In this document: positions 55,731 through 64,000 of the stretch, piece by piece | Layout: every line of letters starts with the position of its first letter | Numbering within the stretch: position 1 is the first letter of the stretch | NCBI GenBank assembly: GCA_945893045.1 | Contig: CAMDEA010000004.1 | Coordinates: forward strand, 40,717-104,716 | Reading direction: 5' to 3' | DNA length: 64,000 nucleotides | Source: Planctomyces sp. SH-PL62 | GTDB lineage: Bacteria > Planctomycetota > Planctomycetia > Planctomycetales > Planctomycetaceae | Position numbers and translations under genes: made by a program | The notes under the pieces: generated by a model | Told to the model about the DNA's origin: nothing | The model's input: the letters and a program-made list of their open reading frames with translations, nothing else | Databases searched by the model: none

Positions 55731-58700
55731 TCACTCCGTTTCCGTCCCCGCAGGATTTGGAAAGCTGGAATGATCGCTCAATTGAAGATCGGGAATTGTG
55801 ACGAGGTGTTTTTTGCCTTGAGGTGAAATGGTCGTGCTGACTCCGTGAATTCCACGTAATGCTTTGCATTGAGCAAGGGCTTTCAGTCCGTCGTCGGTGA
55901 ACGCCGGGCCGTACACAAACAACGTCCGCAGATTGCTGAGGTGTCGGACATGCTCCAAGCCTTGATCCGAAAAACCGTTTCCGTTGGTGGTCCCTTCCAA
56001 GTGCAGGAAAACCACCTTGGACGGTGATTTCAGGAACGCGAGTCCTTCGTCGGTGATCTTGGTTTCGACAAGCCGCAGTTGATTCACCGCAGCCAGTTGT
56101 CCGATGGTTCGCATCCCCGCATTGGTGATTGGCGCTTGAACCAACCGCACGTCGGCGAGTTGATGCAAGTCTTTCAGCAACGCCAGTTGTTCATCCCCTC
56201 CCCGCCACTGGGCTGGCAAGTAGACGATGGTTTCCCAGGTTTGCTCGGCGGTGCTGTTGATGTTGAATCGTTGGCTCCACCCCCAGTGAGTGCCGACTCG
56301 TCCGCCCAACTCCTGAATGCGCTGCACCGCCGCCGCATGTTCCTGGCGGCGAGTCTTGGGGACAAACGGGAATTCGTTTTCGATCTTGTTCCACTCGTCC
56401 CAGGGTTGGTCGATCAAGACCTGGTAGAGTTGGTCACGAAGATTCCAGGCCACGACTCCGTAAACCGCCGAGGCCGCGCAAAACTGGAACCGCTGATGAA
56501 ACGGCAAAGCCTGCGTCGTGAGTTCCTCGATCGTTTCCCGCTGGAGGTCCACGCGAGACCAATGCCGGTTGGGGATCACCGCTCGACCAGCGGCATCTTG
56601 GAACGGAGTGGACCTCGGCTGAACCCCCCAGAGGCGATCCCCGTAACGTTGATTCGGAAATGGCTGCGACCTTTTCCAATCGGAGTCCAACGACTCGCCG
56701 GGAACGAGCAAATCCAATGCGGTCGTCCCAACTCCCAGAACCCGATCTCCGCTGGTGATGTAAAAATCGTGAGACAGCTTCGGTGTTGGCTCGGCTGCGG
56801 GGACGCTGACGCTCAGCGTCTGCAAATCGATCAACAGCGGTGGTAAGTCTTGGATGCCGACCGTTCGGCCGATCAGCAGCGTGCGTTGAGGATCTCGACG
56901 AAGCTCAAATGCGAACTTCGGCTTGAACGTGCAGTGGGAGTCCGTCATCGCCGTCGGATCGAAAGAGACGCCGGCCGTGTGAATGACCCGAGCCGTGACG
57001 CTCTTGGGATTCGCCTTGGTCCGTCGCAGTTCGGCGATCCAAACGCGCTTTTCGCGGCCGATCAGACCAAGTGCCAAACAGCGTCCTGGTGCGATGGGCC
57101 ACAGCGGCAGCAGTCCCTGATACTCGGTCGGCCACGGTCCACGATTCAGCTTCCAAGCGGTCTCCGGGAACGTCGCGACGGCGTCGAATCGAGGCAGCGT
57201 GTTCGACACGTCCTCTTTGGCATCGCTGACACTCGGCTGATTCCCGGCCGGTGCCAGTGGCAGCTTCGCGACGGTTTCACCGGTGGCAGAAATCAATTGG
57301 ATCCCTTTTTGAATCGACGGAATCCAGAACACTTCGCCGTCCCAAGTTGGCTCAATCAGCCGATCGGGAAGGTTGACCGAGAAGATCGTCCGCGGTGGTT
57401 TGCCGGGCTGAATGACATCCACCCGTGTGTGCGTCCAAGCGACATCGAGCGAATCATGGCAACGTTTCCAACCAATCCACGGAGCCGGAATGCCTAACGG
57501 ACGGAATAGAACTCGCTGCTGCGGAGCAGGCTCAGGAATGAGGTTTCGAGGCAGTGAATGTTTTTTGACAAGCCCTTCGCCTGCACCTTTTCCTTTGGGA
57601 GATTCCATCACCAACCGCTTGCGACTCCAACGATCTTCCAAGGTCTCCAGGATTCGGAGCACCGCAAACTCGGCGGAGTTTCGGTCGTCGCACTCGGAAG
57701 CCGCCAGCATTTTCGTGAACTCTGCACGCAAGCGGAGCAACTCGTTCAGCAACGACTGCATGTCGGCCGGAGTTTTGGCGGAGTCTCCCCTCGCGGATAA
57801 TTCGCCGACTCGCCCGCACCAGCCAGCCGCCCCTTTCTGCTTCCGCAGGCGATTCAAGAAGTCCGACTGTTCGGAGTCTGGAACCTTCAATCGGGTGAGC
57901 GTGTCGGGAAGCGTTTTCACCACCAATTCCAGCGCTTCCGCAAGCGGGTAATCCTGTGGAAACACTTCGTCAAACAGCCGCTCGACATGGTTCAGCCAGA
58001 GCTTGGAATCACCGGGCACTTTCCGGCCTTCAGGAATCTGACTTTCGATCCAAGCCTGTTCCCAGCGGATGGCGACTTTCGCACAGAGATGCTGCTGCAA
58101 ATACCGTGAGACAGGTGCTCGCGGATTGACGTTGGACCGGTCTCGAAATCGCGGATGAAGCTGGCCATCACGAAGCTGAAAATCCAGTTGAGAGAGAAGC
58201 GGCCAGAGTCGTCCGCCGATTTGATGATAAACCGCCTCCGACGGCAGCGGCTGGCGAGCGGCTCGAAACGCAAACAGAAATCCGGTGCTCTCGGACATCG
58301 ACCTCAACAGGTACGCGGCCTCGATGCGATTCACCAAGCGATTCGACAACAGAAAGTCCAAATGGCCCCCCGCGATTTCGAACAGCTTTTGGTGATCTTG
58401 GAACTGATACTTTTCACCCGCGTGAATCTCGTCACCGTGATTCAACTTTAAGGACAGCAGCAAGCTTTCCTGAATCAACGCAATCCGCTCACCCACATCC
58501 TGCGGTTGCAGCAACAAAGCGGCTTCTCGGAGTTCCGTCGAATGCCGGAAGCTATTGGCCTCAGCCATGACCTGAGCACGCTGAGCCAACCGCTCAAACT
58601 GCTGCTCGCGCGACAACGGAGCGCCATGAGTGGTCTCCATCAACTGCAAGAGGCTCGTGGGGAGACTCCGTGTCAGGTGGTTGATCACTTCGTCCGAGGT

Positions 58701-59507
58701 CAGTCCTGACTTTTCGATTCGCTGGCGATCTGCCTTCGCTCCAACGACGTCCACGGCCAGACGGAACGAGTTCTTCTTGGCGGTCCCCAACACTTCAAAT
58801 TCCCCCTCGACGAACACCGGCACGCGACGCTCTCCCAGGACTGTTCCCGTCAAACTCAACTCGCGGAGAATCTGCCGAGCCTCCTCGACCTCCAACACAG
58901 CGATCCCCGGAGCGTCCGCGAGCGAAGTCTGTAGCAAGACCGAATAGCCCGCTTGCAAGTGATCGAAATCGTGCGTCAGATTCCGAGAAACAAACGGTAA
59001 CACCGCCACGATCCTGCCGACGCCACCAGCGAATCGTTTGCGTGACTCCTCAACCGCGCCGCAGACTTTTTGCACCAAGAGTTCCACGCCGTCGGCTGGA
59101 AACGGAAAGTGCTCCAACCGCAATCGCGAGCCGTAACGGCAATCGCTGATGACCAGCTTCACGAATCTCTTTTTGTCGTGTTCGACCAACGACAGCAACA
59201 CGAGCGCATCGGCCTTCACCAGTTGGCCGACCTTCAGACGCCGCGCCGCGCCGTCCGCGGCAAGCAACTTCGAGAGTTCGATCTCCTTCGCGACGGCCTC
59301 TATTTGTTCGCGCTCCACCAACTCAAACGACTTCTGCGATAGCTCCACCGTCAGCAAGTCTGGCAGACCTGTGGCGGCGACCTCCGGCGCGGACAACACC
59401 GCCCAGCGTCGGAAGTGGGGTTCGTCCGCAGGCGCGGCGACGACTCGGCACAACAAACCGATCCAGACGCAAAGGGTGAGAAGTCGCGATTTGGTCATGT
59501 TCATCAA
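55731..59507 (-). CDS. Paralog with CsgG-like N-terminus, propeller and C-terminal leucine-rich repeats
   Basis: FELVEREQIEAVAKEIEL..VGQLVKADALV; LRR units ITNAGM, ITDEGLAFL, FSDQGLEHV, FTDDGLKAL. Confidence 0.78.
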   Translation of the reverse strand: MMNMTKSRLLTLCVWIGLLCRVVAAPADEPHFRRWAVLSAPEVAATGLPDLLTVELSQKSFELVEREQIEAVAKEIELSKLLAADGAARRLKVGQLVKADALVLLSLVEHDKKRFVKLVISDCRYGSRLRLEHFPFPADGVELLVQKVCGAVEESRKRFAGGVGRIVAVLPFVSRNLTHDFDHLQAGYSVLLQTSLADAPGIAVLEVEEARQILRELSLTGTVLGERRVPVFVEGEFEVLGTAKKNSFRLAVDVVGAKADRQRIEKSGLTSDEVINHLTRSLPTSLLQLMETTHGAPLSREQQFERLAQRAQVMAEANSFRHSTELREAALLLQPQDVGERIALIQESLLLSLKLNHGDEIHAGEKYQFQDHQKLFEIAGGHLDFLLSNRLVNRIEAAYLLRSMSESTGFLFAFRAARQPLPSEAVYHQIGGRLWPLLSQLDFQLRDGQLHPRFRDRSNVNPRAPVSRYLQQHLCAKVAIRWEQAWIESQIPEGRKVPGDSKLWLNHVERLFDEVFPQDYPLAEALELVVKTLPDTLTRLKVPDSEQSDFLNRLRKQKGAAGWCGRVGELSARGDSAKTPADMQSLLNELLRLRAEFTKMLAASECDDRNSAEFAVLRILETLEDRWSRKRLVMESPKGKGAGEGLVKKHSLPRNLIPEPAPQQRVLFRPLGIPAPWIGWKRCHDSLDVAWTHTRVDVIQPGKPPRTIFSVNLPDRLIEPTWDGEVFWIPSIQKGIQLISATGETVAKLPLAPAGNQPSVSDAKEDVSNTLPRFDAVATFPETAWKLNRGPWPTEYQGLLPLWPIAPGRCLALGLIGREKRVWIAELRRTKANPKSVTARVIHTAGVSFDPTAMTDSHCTFKPKFAFELRRDPQRTLLIGRTVGIQDLPPLLIDLQTLSVSVPAAEPTPKLSHDFYITSGDRVLGVGTTALDLLVPGESLDSDWKRSQPFPNQRYGDRLWGVQPRSTPFQDAAGRAVIPNRHWSRVDLQRETIEELTTQALPFHQRFQFCAASAVYGVVAWNLRDQLYQVLIDQPWDEWNKIENEFPFVPKTRRQEHAAAVQRIQELGGRVGTHWGWSQRFNINSTAEQTWETIVYLPAQWRGGDEQLALLKDLHQLADVRLVQAPITNAGMRTIGQLAAVNQLRLVETKITDEGLAFLKSPSKVVFLHLEGTTNGNGFSDQGLEHVRHLSNLRTLFVYGPAFTDDGLKALAQCKALRGIHGVSTTISPQGKKHLVTIPDLQLSDHSSFPNPAGTETE

Positions 59508-59541
59508 TGGGTCTGAAGATTGAACGATGAGTTGAGCCGAT

Positions 59542-62500
59542 TCATTTCGATTCCGGGCGTGGCGTCAAAGTTTTGTTCGGCTGGCTGGGTTCGGGGACGT
59601 TGAGATCAAGCACAAAGTCGTCGCGCGATTTGGGCAAGTCGACGTAGGTGTACCGGCGAAAGCCCGTGAGGCGAATCTTTCCTGGCAGCAGGCCCTCGAT
59701 CTGGAACTTGCCATCGGCGTCGACTTTGGTGACGCCGCTGAAGAAGCTGCCCGAGAGGTTGCCTCGGTGATCTTTGCAGTGTTGGTCGAATCGCAAAGTC
59801 CGATCGCCGCCGGCGGTCAGTCCTTCGATTCGTCCCGAAAGGGTCAGCGACGGCAGGAGCTTCCAGACTTGGTCGGCCTTCCCACCTTCGACATTCGTCA
59901 GGACGAGACGCGGCTTGCCATCGACATCGACACGCATCGTGCAGGGCAGCTTGTCGGCGAGTTGATTGAGCACGAACTTTCCGTCGGGGTCGGTCTTCGT
60001 CATTTCTCTCGCGTTCGGGTAGTAGCTTCCGATGCGATCGTACAACAGCAGGATTGGCGCGCCGGCGACTGGCTGGTCATTCTCATCCACGACTCGTCCC
60101 GAAGTCGGTTGTGCTCGCGGGATTTTGAGCTTCGCTGGTTCACCTTCGACGGCACGGAGTTTGATCCCGCCCGTCGGCTGATGTCCGGGAGCGCGGATCG
60201 TGAAGGTGTATTCGTCCTGGGCAGCGTGGTCCAAACGAACTTGCCCCTCGGCGTCGGAAGCGAGTTTGATGGGAAAGTTTCCGAAGCGACACACGGCCGC
60301 GACTTCGGCGTTCGGCACCGGTTGGTTGGCGTCGTTGAGCACGGCGACATTCCAGGTGAAGCCACGTTTTAAGGTGATCGTCCCCAGGTCGAGCGTCTCG
60401 CCCGGCTTCGCTTCTTTGAGTTCCACGATCGTTGGAGCGTAACCCGGCACGGTGATGCAGGCTGAAATCATCCCGGCATCGACGCGTGCCGCGAGCTTGC
60501 CAGTTCGAATGGACGGGCCTTGTCCCGAAACCGAGCCGTAGTGAGTTTCCTTGCCCGACGTGTATGGCCCCGAGTGCGACTTGATCCAGCAGGTGCCATC
60601 GCTTCCGAGCGGTTGGTCATCCTCGGTGACGATCGTGGCTTGAACGATGCAGGTCTTCGGCGTTGTCGATGCGAACGGCACGGCGACTTTGGCGGGAGCG
60701 GTCGGAATCGGCTGCGTCGGCATCGGAGCCGCGAGGTCGATCACATAGTCATCGTTCGTTTTCGGAAGCTCGACTTCAAAGAACCTCCGAAAGCCTTCCA
60801 ACTGGATCACACCGGGGATCAGGTCGTCGATGCGGAATCGACCTTCCGCGTCGAGATTGATTTCACCACTGAAGAGCGACACCGCCGGTTGGCCTCGTTC
60901 GTTAAGAATGCGTTGACTGTATTTCAATTGCCGCCGGTCTTGGGGACTCAGCCCGATGACTCGGCCCGACAGGCGAATCAGCGGCAGCAGCTTCCAAACT
61001 TGATCCGTTTGCCCGCCGGTGACGTCAGTCCGGCCGAACCGCGTTCGATCTTCGACTTCCACATGGATCGTGTGCTGTGCGTCTTTCAGTTGATCGAGCA
61101 CGAACCGGCCGTTGGCATCGGTCTTGGCAATCTCGCGTCCATTGCCGACGCCATAGCTGCCGGACTTCAAGATCAGCCGTGCCCCGGCAACCGGCTTGCC
61201 GTTTTCATCGACGACGGTTCCGGTTGTCGGTCGAGCACGCAACAACTTCAACGTCGTGACGCGATCGGCTCGCGCGGGGACTTTGGCAAACGCCATCGGT
61301 TGATGTCCGGGAGCACGCACGATCAACGAGTACTCCGCTTCTGCCGCGTGAGGCAACCGCGCCGCGCCGTCTGCGCCGCTGGCTGTACTCGTCGCCACTT
61401 CCGTGAAACGGCAGACAGCCGAGACTTCCGCGTTCGGAACCGGCTGGCCCACGTCGTTCTGGATCGTGAATCGCCAATCGAAGCCTCGTTTCAAAGTGAT
61501 CGTTCCCAGGTCGAGCGTTTCTTTAGCCTTCCCTTCGCGCAGTCCGACGATGGCCGGCGCATATCCCGGCGCGAGAATGCCGAGCGAGATCATGCCCGGC
61601 TGCATCTCGGCCTGGGCGAGTCCTCCATCAAGTTTGACTCGCAGCCCCGACGAATTGCCGTAAACGGTCTCGCCGTTGCGATCCGACGGATTCTGGAATG
61701 ACTGAAATAAGACAGCACACTGCTCGGCATCCAATCGGACTTTGTCTTCCGTCTGAATCAACGCTTTCACGAGGCACTTCGCCAACGGAACGTACGGCGT
61801 GGAACGTGCGGAAGCATTCGGCATTGTCGCGCGAGCGACTTGGCCATCAGGTGACTTGTTCACCGGGCTGCCCGTTCCCAAATCCAGTCGCCAGATCGTG
61901 CGCGAGTCTGCCGCGACAAATTGCCGCCCGTTGGCCAGCAGATCAAAACCGACGCGCGGAGCAAACCGCTCCGATCCGTTATCGGGCGACGGCAATTTCG
62001 TGTACTCGTGCCGATCCAACGACAGCCGAGCGAAGGGACTCGCCGACCACAGAAATCCATCCACCACCAGCGGCGGCGATTCCATCAAGAAGTTTCCCAC
62101 GTCGGGTGAGCGCAGAACCTTGGCTTGAACACGGGCGAGATCGACCTCGATCGTGCATGACATGTTGGAAATCACGACTCGGTCGCCGCGCAGCGGGCCG
62201 GTCCACACGATGTTGTCGCCACTGAGCTTCGGCCCCCAGGTTCCCTGATCTGCTTCGACGATGTTGAGCAACTCCGTGAAGCGGCCATCGGCGGGAGTCA
62301 GTTGCCACAAGTGGTCGCCGATCGCGAACACGATTCGCTTCCGCGCCGAGTCGGCGATCAGCATCGGGACGCGAAACGGCTTCCGGTCGTCAAACGGCGA
62401 GAGCTTTTGTTTGCGGCGGCTGGAGGCCAGCACGTCGCACCGGTTTTGAGCGAGGTCATACGCGATCAAATAACCGTCGCCGATTCCCGCATAGATTTTC

Positions 62501-64000
62501 CCATCCAACACGGCAACCGACCGAACGTTGTTGGTCGGCAGTCCCTCGTCCACGCCAATGCGACGCGGCGTGCCGTTGGCCAGCGGGAACATCACAATCC
62601 CGGCTCCGTCGGTGGCGACGAAGAGCGTCTCCTTTTCAACGCACATCGACGTGACGAGTTGTGTCGCGAAAAAAGTCGGCCGCGTCGCGACGGAAAGTTT
62701 CAATTCGGTCTTCGCCAGCAATGACGCCTCGCCGCCCGACAACGGCACTCGGACGAGCTGCAACTCACGCTGCGCCCCTTCCACCTTCGTCGCGACACAA
62801 TAAGCGTCGTCCTCGATCACGATCATCCCGACCAATTCGCTCAATTGCCGAAACCGACCCAAGTCAAACACCTTCGTCGCCTGCGACCACGGCCGCGACG
62901 GCGGTTCTGCCGCGGCATCCGGATGGTGTTGCCGCCAGTCGGTCAGCGCGGCCTGATAGTTGTTCTTCAATCGTGCCCGCTCTTCGGGCGGTTCGCGAAA
63001 ATGCGGCGAGTCCAAAACAAACAGCGCCTTCTCAAACAACTCCGATTGCTTGCGGTCGCTCGCGGCATTCACTGCGATGCCCATGACTTTGCCATGCAGA
63101 TCGAAGCGAGCCAGCATGAACTCGCAGAAGGCGATCGCTTCGCGTGCAACGAATTCGTCGTTCGTCTTGCCCGGCATCGCGTCGAGCGCTCCCGGCCACG
63201 CTTCGTAAACCGTGTACCGAGTCCGCTCCGCATCCCAAGGTTCCGGCGACGTGACAATCTCCTGAGCCAACTGCCGGTACTCGGCGGCGAAGCGGCGTTG
63301 CCCCTCGTCCTCCGAGATCGTTCCGAGCAATACCTCGCCTCGAAGCTGAGCCAGCACTCCGTACAACCGCACGATCGGCCGCGAGTGCGTTCGCATCGCC
63401 GCGTGCTGTGATGTCATCAGCCGTGCGAACACCGGCTCATCGAGCTTGCCGGTCCAAGTGTTTGGCCCGACGAAATACGACAGCAACATGTCCAACCCCG
63501 CCGCGCCGTCGGTCGTGTTGAACTGCGGCTGCCAATTCTTCGTGACCGCCAGCCAACGTTCGGAAATCTGGCCGATCGCGCGAGCGTACTGCTCGGTATC
63601 GACCGAAGCCGCGCGGATGACATTCAACTCGTGCAACGTATTCAGCCCATAATTGTCGAGCAGGTTCGGGTCCGCCCCAGCCTTCGCCGCCAAGCCCGCG
63701 ATGTAATCCAGTCCGCGCTGACGGAACGCCTGCAAGACCTCGTCGATCCGTTTCTTCCTCGGCGATTCCGACGCATTCCGCAGCCCACGCAGCCGATCGC
63801 CCAGATAACCGAGTGGCTGATTGAACGTGACCCAATGTGCCGATGGCCGAGTCAATCGCGCGTTGATCTCGATCGCGCGACTGGCGTGCGTCAGCAGCGT
63901 GTCAAGCACCGCGTCTTCGACCTGCGCGTCCATCCAAAACCGCTCGCTGCTGACAGAAACAATGTTGTGCCGCTCCGGCCAGAACAGGAACTTCGCGTAA
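59542..64000 (-). CDS. Very large protein: helical region, propeller and a duplicated block of carboxypeptidase-regulatory-like domains (5' end beyond window)
   Basis: Frame stays open upstream of ATG 63933 to the window edge (YAKFLFWPERHNIV..); GTVVDENGKPVAGA / GRVVDENDQPVAGA, TDANGRF / TDPDGKF. Confidence 0.82.
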   Translation of the reverse strand, partial: YAKFLFWPERHNIVSVSSERFWMDAQVEDAVLDTLLTHASRAIEINARLTRPSAHWVTFNQPLGYLGDRLRGLRNASESPRKKRIDEVLQAFRQRGLDYIAGLAAKAGADPNLLDNYGLNTLHELNVIRAASVDTEQYARAIGQISERWLAVTKNWQPQFNTTDGAAGLDMLLSYFVGPNTWTGKLDEPVFARLMTSQHAAMRTHSRPIVRLYGVLAQLRGEVLLGTISEDEGQRRFAAEYRQLAQEIVTSPEPWDAERTRYTVYEAWPGALDAMPGKTNDEFVAREAIAFCEFMLARFDLHGKVMGIAVNAASDRKQSELFEKALFVLDSPHFREPPEERARLKNNYQAALTDWRQHHPDAAAEPPSRPWSQATKVFDLGRFRQLSELVGMIVIEDDAYCVATKVEGAQRELQLVRVPLSGGEASLLAKTELKLSVATRPTFFATQLVTSMCVEKETLFVATDGAGIVMFPLANGTPRRIGVDEGLPTNNVRSVAVLDGKIYAGIGDGYLIAYDLAQNRCDVLASSRRKQKLSPFDDRKPFRVPMLIADSARKRIVFAIGDHLWQLTPADGRFTELLNIVEADQGTWGPKLSGDNIVWTGPLRGDRVVISNMSCTIEVDLARVQAKVLRSPDVGNFLMESPPLVVDGFLWSASPFARLSLDRHEYTKLPSPDNGSERFAPRVGFDLLANGRQFVAADSRTIWRLDLGTGSPVNKSPDGQVARATMPNASARSTPYVPLAKCLVKALIQTEDKVRLDAEQCAVLFQSFQNPSDRNGETVYGNSSGLRVKLDGGLAQAEMQPGMISLGILAPGYAPAIVGLREGKAKETLDLGTITLKRGFDWRFTIQNDVGQPVPNAEVSAVCRFTEVATSTASGADGAARLPHAAEAEYSLIVRAPGHQPMAFAKVPARADRVTTLKLLRARPTTGTVVDENGKPVAGARLILKSGSYGVGNGREIAKTDANGRFVLDQLKDAQHTIHVEVEDRTRFGRTDVTGGQTDQVWKLLPLIRLSGRVIGLSPQDRRQLKYSQRILNERGQPAVSLFSGEINLDAEGRFRIDDLIPGVIQLEGFRRFFEVELPKTNDDYVIDLAAPMPTQPIPTAPAKVAVPFASTTPKTCIVQATIVTEDDQPLGSDGTCWIKSHSGPYTSGKETHYGSVSGQGPSIRTGKLAARVDAGMISACITVPGYAPTIVELKEAKPGETLDLGTITLKRGFTWNVAVLNDANQPVPNAEVAAVCRFGNFPIKLASDAEGQVRLDHAAQDEYTFTIRAPGHQPTGGIKLRAVEGEPAKLKIPRAQPTSGRVVDENDQPVAGAPILLLYDRIGSYYPNAREMTKTDPDGKFVLNQLADKLPCTMRVDVDGKPRLVLTNVEGGKADQVWKLLPSLTLSGRIEGLTAGGDRTLRFDQHCKDHRGNLSGSFFSGVTKVDADGKFQIEGLLPGKIRLTGFRRYTYVDLPKSRDDFVLDLNVPEPSQPNKTLTPRPESK

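Noticed and set aside
52465..64000. Diversity-generating retroelement or polymorphic toxin-immunity locus
   Set aside because: No reverse transcriptase, no adenine-specific template/variable repeat pair noticed, and no small immunity genes between the large ORFs.

Overview
High-GC window that reads as a Planctomycetia (Planctomycetaceae-like) chromosome segment, judged from its DUF1549/DUF1553, DUF1501, PVC-type heme, DUF4159 and PQQ-propeller genes. All domain calls come from reading motifs by eye, not from database searches. From left to right: two divergent secreted PQQ-propeller/methyltransferase-fold giants; a sulfatase; TetR plus a Tat amidohydrolase; two DUF1553+DUF1501 pairs with a NanQ-like protein, a serine hydrolase, a sialate O-acetylesterase and a SGNH-propeller-PA14-cupredoxin-cytochrome c fusion; a 10-gene, largely translationally coupled MoxR/DUF58/BatA/vWA operon carrying extra secreted glycan-binding genes; an FN3/F5-8 protein; and a tandem run of large secreted proteins, two with CsgG-like N-termini. 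No rRNA, tRNA, CRISPR array or transposase was seen. The most unusual signal is a dense set of short palindromic mobile repeats (REP doublets and MITE-like units). Eleven sit inside open reading frames without breaking them, and seven of those lie in signal-peptide or leader-coding regions, including five consecutive genes of one operon. Several are nested, two with visible target-site duplications.
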